Assembly (NCBI GenBank): GCA_049964835.1
Contig: JBMFWW010000025.1
Coordinates: 1 to 4,071 of the forward strand
Length of the DNA stretch: 4,071 nt
Direction of reading: 5' to 3'
Source of the DNA: Candidatus Micrarchaeia archaeon
GTDB taxonomy: Archaea; Micrarchaeota; Micrarchaeia; Micrarchaeales; CABMGC01
Shown: in pieces, positions 1 through 4,071 of the stretch
How the letters are laid out: each line of letters begins with the position of its first letter
How positions within the stretch are numbered: position 1 is the stretch's first letter
Notes under the pieces: model-generated
The model's input: only the letters and a program-made list of their open reading frames with translations
Database searches by the model: none
Told to the model about the DNA's origin: nothing
Made by a program: the position numbers and the translations under genes

Positions 1-8
1 AAAAAAGA

Positions 9-500
9 ATGAACGAGGAAAAAGACGCAGATTATTACTTTGAAAAACTTAAGGAGAAAGGGCTAAACAAGGACAAGTATTATTCACAGACAATGAACTC
101 TATACATAAATACAATGTGTTTCCAAACGAAAAGGTTTTCATGAACTGGCTGATAGACGGAGACTTCATTGATTTAAAAGCCATAAATGACATAATATTT
201 GCAGTCTACTCAAATCCTTCCTCGGAAGAAAATATAATAATAAACAAATACATAAAGGAAGAAAACAAACAGCAGGAAATATTAGGGATTTCGGATGAAT
301 GCACTGAAAATATTCTTTATCTGTTAAAAATACTTACAAACCTAAAGGGTTACAGCGTGGAGGATTTAATAAAAATACACGAAGAGACGATGGAAAGGCT
401 AGATAAGCTTAGAGAAAAGCTAAACAGTATAATAAGCGGTGCGCTTGAATACTTTAAGAAGAAGGAAAAACAAGGACATAAAGAACAATATATAGGCTAA
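9..500 (+). CDS. Hypothetical protein (K/E-rich, probably helical); may be the C-terminal part of a gene starting upstream of the window
   Basis: 163-aa ORF with purine-rich coding-like composition. The frame is open back to the window edge (AAA AGA ATG from position 3), so the true start is uncertain. No family motif recognised. Confidence 0.7.
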   Translation: MNEEKDADYYFEKLKEKGLNKDKYYSQTMNSIHKYNVFPNEKVFMNWLIDGDFIDLKAINDIIFAVYSNPSSEENIIINKYIKEENKQQEILGISDECTENILYLLKILTNLKGYSVEDLIKIHEETMERLDKLREKLNSIISGALEYFKKKEKQGHKEQYIG

Positions 501-605
501 ACAACATAGTGAACTACACCAAGCTTTTGCATGGGGCTTCTCGCTTCAACACCCTGGCTTGCAACAGCTTTCTCTGCCGTAGAGGTCTAAGCTCTGCGAG
601 CATAC
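489..605 (-). ncRNA. Putative TnpB omegaRNA (reRNA) scaffold plus flank-derived guide (approx. 508-489)
   Basis: The minus strand reads ATGCTCGCAGAGCTTAGACCTCTAC...GCAAGCCAGGGTGTTGAAGCGAGAAGCCCC...TAGTTCAC, resembling tnpB 3'-end/right-end RNAs. CTCGC (600-596) pairs with GCGAG (544-540). There is an internal hairpin CGGCAG/CTGTTG, and TGAA (548-545) can pair with the terminal TTCA (513-510) as a pseudoknot. Ends are approximate. Confidence 0.6.
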
Positions 606-650
606 TGGAAGGTTCCCCATCTCACGAAAGGGGAATTCTCGGCGGATTAG
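509..650 (-). mobile_element. Non-autonomous IS200/IS605-family mini-element (PATE-like) with left end and right end but no tnpA or tnpB
   Basis: GC is 75/142 (~53%) in an otherwise AT-rich window. The minus-strand 3' end GAAG-CCCCATGC-AAAA-GCTTGGTG-TAGTTCAC (540-509) matches the typical IS605 right end: guide GAAG, subterminal hairpin, terminal TCAC. A second hairpin TTCCCC-TTTCGTGAGAT-GGGGAA (635-613) lies near the other end, downstream of TTTAA (655-651). The right boundary is firmer than the left. Confidence 0.75.
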
Positions 651-917
651 TTAAACTTTCTTTCTATGAGATAGGCTTCTTCGTGTACAATTGTATCATA
701 AAGTTGTTTTTCGTATTCCTTAGCACCTCCATAAAAAGAGGGATTTATGTAAATATTATTCGAATTTGGATTATAATAGCCATATAACTGTAGATATATT
801 AACAAAGTAATAATTTTTAATGTTAAATGCCCCAATCTCTTTAAATTCTGGAAAATCTTCCCTTAAATTATTAATTGAATCTTTCAGCAATGAATATAGG
901 TTACGCCACGACTTCAT
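647..917 (-). pseudogene. Frameshifted, truncated zincin-like (HExxH) metalloprotease-domain gene remnant
   Basis: ATG at 917 gives MKSWRNLYSLLKDSINNLREDFPEFKEIGAFNIKNYYFVNISTVIWLL* (stop 773-771). The +1 frame continues ...LYGYYNPNSNNIYINPSFYGGAKEYEKQLYDTIVHEEAYLIERKFN*. HEEAY (685-671) is one base (TAT vs CAT) from HExxH. The final stop (649-647) lies inside the predicted element. Confidence 0.55.
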
Positions 918-936
918 GCATAGATTCGATTGCAAC

Positions 937-947
937 TTATATATAAA
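937..947. promoter_or_regulatory. Archaeal TATA box, probably bidirectional
   Basis: TTATATATAAA ends 26 nt before tRNA-Arg (974, +). On the minus strand it reads TTTATATA (947-940), ending 22 nt before ATG 917. Confidence 0.55.
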
Positions 948-973
948 GGTTGAAAAGATAAATATGAAAGACT

Positions 974-1047
974 GCTCCTGTAGTCTAACTTGGATAGAAC
1001 GCAGGCCTGCGGAGCCTGATATCTGGATTCAAATTCCAGCAGGGGCA
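974..1047 (+). tRNA. tRNA-Arg (anticodon GCG)
   Basis: Cloverleaf: acceptor GCTCCTG/CAGGGGC; D-loop with GG-A20 (Arg identity); anticodon stem CAGGC/GCCTG with loop CT-GCG-GA (anticodon 1009-1011); T-arm CTGGA-TTCAAAT-TCCAG; discriminator A1047; no encoded CCA. Confidence 0.92.
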
Positions 1048-1082
1048 AATATAATAACAAAAAAACAATAATTATTTGCTAG

Positions 1083-1157
1083 GGGGCAGTGGTCTAGCTT
1101 GGTTATGACACCAGCCTAGGGCGCTGGTGGTCCTGGGTTCAAATCCCAGCTGCCCCA
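1083..1157 (+). tRNA. tRNA-Pro (anticodon AGG)
   Basis: Cloverleaf: acceptor GGGGCAG/CTGCCCC; D-arm GTCT-AGCTTGGTTA-TGAC; anticodon stem CCAGC/GCTGG with loop CT-AGG-GC (anticodon 1118-1120, G37); T-arm CTGGG-TTCAAAT-CCCAG; discriminator A1157; no CCA. G1-C72 is the archaeal/eukaryal tRNA-Pro type. Confidence 0.95.
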
Positions 1158-1190
1158 TCCTTTTAAAATGAGATAGTATGTTTATATATC

Positions 1191-1197
1191 AAAAAAA
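1191..1197 (-). terminator. Putative oligo-T archaeal terminator for the PadR gene
   Basis: T7 run on the minus strand, 11 nt after the PadR stop codon. Confidence 0.4.
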
Positions 1198-1208
1198 CTT
1201 AAACTGAT

Positions 1209-1739
1209 TTAATTATCCCTAATCATTTTATCTATTTTGGTTTCTAACCATTCCATGTGCCTTTTAGTAAGAATCCTGTTCTGATTTAAAAGGAAATACT
1301 TATCTTTTTCACTTAATTCATTTGAATCTAATATTTTTTCCCATGATCTTCTCTGCATTTCAATAACTTCATTTAGAATTTTTCCTTGAGTTAGCGGATT
1401 TATAATATCCATCATCACGCCTTTTATAGTATTCCATCTCTCTATTACAAAATTATCATATTTTGGCTTAATTTCACTATAAACTTTCTTCCCCTCATTT
1501 GTTATAGAATAAATCTTTAGCTTTCTTTTTCCTTTGCTTTTAACTTTTATCCAGCCTTTATTTACCATCTTTTTAATCAGAGGATAAATCGAACCGGAGC
1601 CTGGCCTCCAAGCCCCTTTTGTCAAAAGGGTTATTTCTTTGATTAAATCGTATCCAGAACAGTCTTTTTCGATTAGCCTTTGCAATACAAAAACCGGTAA
1701 TACTCCTGCTCTCCCGCTGAAACTAAAACTATCTTCCAT
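1209..1739 (-). CDS. PadR-family winged-helix transcriptional regulator
   Basis: 176 aa with PadR motifs SGYDLIKEI, WRPGSGSIYPLIKKMVNKGWI and RKLKIYSITNEG, plus a helical C-terminal extension. Confidence 0.93.
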   Translation of the reverse strand: MEDSFSFSGRAGVLPVFVLQRLIEKDCSGYDLIKEITLLTKGAWRPGSGSIYPLIKKMVNKGWIKVKSKGKRKLKIYSITNEGKKVYSEIKPKYDNFVIERWNTIKGVMMDIINPLTQGKILNEVIEMQRRSWEKILDSNELSEKDKYFLLNQNRILTKRHMEWLETKIDKMIRDN

Positions 1740-1803
1740 ATATATTAATATACATATCTATATACACATATCAATATTTAAATACTTGAAATTTAGATTT
1801 TAA
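1740..1803. promoter_or_regulatory. Divergent padR/MMPL promoter region with TATA box TTTAAATA (1777-1784) and a candidate operator
   Basis: 64-bp intergenic region. TTTAAATA starts 27 nt before ATG 1804 and there is no SD motif. It lies within the near-perfect inverted repeat TCAA-TATTTAAATA-C-TTGA (1771-1789). Confidence 0.6.
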
Positions 1804-3876
1804 ATGAACATAATAAATCATAAAAAATTGATAGTTCTGGCTTGGATAATAATTATTATAGCGTCTATCCCGGCAGTTTTCAATTATTCCCATTTTATAA
1901 ATTATTCATCAAGCCAACCTCTATTAAAAAACAGCGAATCCGCTAACGCGCAAAATATTCTATCAAGTTATGTACCACAAAATCAAAGCTTAACAGTTTT
2001 TGTAAATATGTCAGTCGGTAATTATTCAAAAAATTTAACAAACCTATTCGTTTCTTCGCTTAAAAACATAAAAGCTATATCTTCAGTTGATTCTCCTTTT
2101 TCAGTTCCTTCTTATTTATCAGATCGATATATAGCACAAAATAACAAAAGTTTTATAATAACTATAAATTTCAATGTAAAAAGCGGATTTCAATATTCAA
2201 ATGGTTCATCTCCTGCCGAAATTTCTTTTACAAAAATAAATAACTTGTCCTCAATTTACTTCGGTAAAAAAGCATATGTAACAGGCAATAGCGCAATTGC
2301 ATATCAAACACAGCAGGTTACTTCTAAATCTGGTTTTGCTTTTGGCCTGATATTCATAGTTCTTTTGATAATAATACTTATAACGCTAGTTTCTTATTGG
2401 TCTTCAATATTAGGATTGCTTTTTGTCGGATTTTCGCTAATTCTAGGCTATGTTTCGATATTTATAGCAGGTTTAATTATAGGCAAGATAAGTTTTATAG
2501 TTAATTATACATTAACTGCAGTAATACTTGGTATAGCTACAGATTACCTGGTATTTATAATAGCAAGATATAGGGAGGAATTAAGACTTGGGAAATCCCC
2601 AGAAGAAGCTTTGAACATATCAATATCCAAGGCAGGCAAAGCAGTATTTATAAGCGGAGTAATAGTTGCTTTTACATTGCTGGTATTCTCATTTATTCCA
2701 AACTTTAGGGACTGGGGAATTGTACTTTTCCAAGCAGTAATATACACTATGCTTTTAAACATCACTCTGCTGCCTATAGGGATTTATTTTTTAAGGAAAA
2801 GAATAATATTAAAGATAGGCCTTAAAAAACTAGTGGCAGATTACCATAAGGACTCTCTTTTCCATAGGACAACTACTTTCTCTTATGAGAGGAGATACAT
2901 AGTAGCAGGCATAATTATTATTCTTGGCGCTATAGCAGGCTATCTATTTTTTACTCTGCCAACAACATATAATTTCAACACAGGGCTCCCGCAAAGCCTT
3001 TCATCTGTAAAAGGTTTAAACGCTATTGAAAGCAATTTCGGTTCTAATCTATTTCCAGTTTATGTATTAGTTAATTCAAGTAAGAATTCCTCTAGTCTAT
3101 ACTCTGTTTCATCAAATCTTCTAAAATACCCGTATATTAAATCATTAAATGGCCCCTTAGTATATAATTCTAAATTGAACAATTTCTCATCCCCAGGACT
3201 ATTTAAGATAAATGGGACCGATTACTATCTCTACACTTTGGTATTGTCTGTTGGGCCATACTCTAACAAAGCAATGACAGTGGTTAATAAACTAAGAGAC
3301 AACAAATCTTTTTTAGTAGGAGGTTTAACATCGTCAATAATAGATCAGATGAATTATAATAAGACGGCTTATTCAGAATTAGAGTTACTAATTGTAATAA
3401 TGATATTTTCCATACTTTTAGTATCATTCAAGAAAATACGCTATCCAATAATAGCTATAAGTGGAACCTTCTTCAGCGTAGCTTGGAGCTCTTCTATTCT
3501 TTTCATCATATCTAATTATATATTGCATATACAACTTCTCTACCTGATACCAATAATTATTTTTATAATATTATTCAGCATAGGTAATGATTACACCGTT
3601 CTTATAATATCAAGAGTCAAGGAGGAAACGGCTAAAAATAAATTTAAGGAGGGCTTAAGTAAAGGGATAGTAAGCAGTGCTAAGACAGTAACTTCATTAG
3701 GTATAATATTGGCTTTTTCATTAGGTGCTCTTGCATTTATACCAGTAGCATTTTTAGAAGAATTGGGGATAGGTTTTATAATATCTCTTTTGATAGACAC
3801 ATTTATAATCCGTACTTTTTATTTCCCGTCTATGATAAGCATATTCACAATTTTAAAAGATAAGATAAAAAACTGA
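1804..3876 (+). CDS. MMPL-family (RND superfamily) transporter
   Basis: 690 aa with two repeats, each a single TM helix, an extracytoplasmic loop and a cluster of TM helices. It has the paired MMPL Asp-Tyr motifs LGIATDYLVFIIARYREE and FSIGNDYTVLIISRVKEE, and the late motif LLIDTFIIRTFYFP. Confidence 0.93.
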   Translation: MNIINHKKLIVLAWIIIIIASIPAVFNYSHFINYSSSQPLLKNSESANAQNILSSYVPQNQSLTVFVNMSVGNYSKNLTNLFVSSLKNIKAISSVDSPFSVPSYLSDRYIAQNNKSFIITINFNVKSGFQYSNGSSPAEISFTKINNLSSIYFGKKAYVTGNSAIAYQTQQVTSKSGFAFGLIFIVLLIIILITLVSYWSSILGLLFVGFSLILGYVSIFIAGLIIGKISFIVNYTLTAVILGIATDYLVFIIARYREELRLGKSPEEALNISISKAGKAVFISGVIVAFTLLVFSFIPNFRDWGIVLFQAVIYTMLLNITLLPIGIYFLRKRIILKIGLKKLVADYHKDSLFHRTTTFSYERRYIVAGIIIILGAIAGYLFFTLPTTYNFNTGLPQSLSSVKGLNAIESNFGSNLFPVYVLVNSSKNSSSLYSVSSNLLKYPYIKSLNGPLVYNSKLNNFSSPGLFKINGTDYYLYTLVLSVGPYSNKAMTVVNKLRDNKSFLVGGLTSSIIDQMNYNKTAYSELELLIVIMIFSILLVSFKKIRYPIIAISGTFFSVAWSSSILFIISNYILHIQLLYLIPIIIFIILFSIGNDYTVLIISRVKEETAKNKFKEGLSKGIVSSAKTVTSLGIILAFSLGALAFIPVAFLEELGIGFIISLLIDTFIIRTFYFPSMISIFTILKDKIKN

Positions 3877-3880
3877 TATC

Positions 3881-3886
3881 AAAAAA
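3881..3886 (-). terminator. Putative oligo-T terminator of the TIGR01777-like gene
   Basis: T6 on the minus strand immediately after TAA (3889-3887). Confidence 0.35.
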
Positions 3887-4071
3887 TTAAAACTCTGAAT
3901 GCTTTAAATATTTTAACAGACTTTGAGTTAGATCCTTATTTTTAAACAAAAACCCAGAATCCGCCGCTTTTTTAGGGATCACTCTTTGGCTTGAGAAAAG
4001 TAAAAGCCTTGCCATCTCTCCCAAAGCTATATTTAATAAAAAATTAGGTATTCTTATTAGTCTTTTTTTGT
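3887..4071 (-). CDS. C-terminal fragment of a TIGR01777/YfcH-like NAD-dependent epimerase-family protein (DUF1731 domain); partial
   Basis: Not in the ORF track. Translation from 4069 gives KKRLIRIPNFLLNIALGEMARLLLFSSQRVIPKKAADSGFLFKNKDLTQSLLKYLKHSEF*, matching the DUF1731 pattern P-x-F...LGEMA-x-LLL...SQRV-x-P-x-K...GF-x-F...DL. Confidence 0.88.
   Translation of the reverse strand, partial: KKRLIRIPNFLLNIALGEMARLLLFSSQRVIPKKAADSGFLFKNKDLTQSLLKYLKHSEF

Noticed and set aside
509..650. Alternative readings as a CRISPR repeat, split/permuted tRNA piece or terminator
   Set aside because: There is no repeat-spacer periodicity, no T-loop or anticodon arm, and no U-tract after the hairpins. The IS605 right-end signature explains it better.
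509..787. 92-aa + strand ORF
   Set aside because: It starts at the GTG that is simply the complement of the element's terminal CAC, and runs antisense through the element and pseudogene. No protein-like motif.
820..1071. 83-aa + strand ORF
   Set aside because: It overlaps the tRNA-Arg gene and the TATA box, so it is spurious.
1045..1079. 7-bp inverted repeat GCAAATA/TATTTGC and palindrome AATAATTATT in the tRNA spacer
   Set aside because: Short, AT-rich and competing with the acceptor stem. No evidence of function.
974..1157. tRNA introns or an att-site duplication
   Set aside because: Both tRNAs fold at normal length without insertions, and no copy of their 3' ends is seen elsewhere in the window.
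2544..2765. 73-aa - strand ORF
   Set aside because: Antisense shadow of the MMPL gene.
2961..2969. 9-nt match (TATGTTGTT, - strand) to the start of the predicted guide inside the MMPL gene
   Set aside because: The adjacent 5' motif is AATTA rather than TTTAA, and the match is short and AT-rich, so it is likely chance.
3591..3800. 69-aa - strand ORF
   Set aside because: Antisense shadow of the MMPL gene.

Overview
AT-rich window that looks archaeal: tRNA-Pro has a G1-C72 pair, neither tRNA encodes CCA, and TATA boxes sit just upstream of apparently leaderless starts. A DPANN- or Thermoplasmatales-like host is only an inference. From left to right it holds: a hypothetical CDS (9-500); a 142-bp GC-rich minus-strand element (509-650) resembling a protein-less IS200/IS605 mini-element, with a left-end hairpin joined to a TnpB omegaRNA-like scaffold and right end; a frameshifted, truncated HExxH-like pseudogene (917-647, -) that this element interrupts; tRNA-Arg(GCG) and tRNA-Pro with an unusual AGG anticodon; a divergent PadR regulator / MMPL transporter pair; and the 3' end of a TIGR01777/DUF1731-like oxidoreductase. 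The orphan omegaRNA-like mini-element and the A34 tRNA-Pro are the most notable items. All calls are by eye, with no database searches run.
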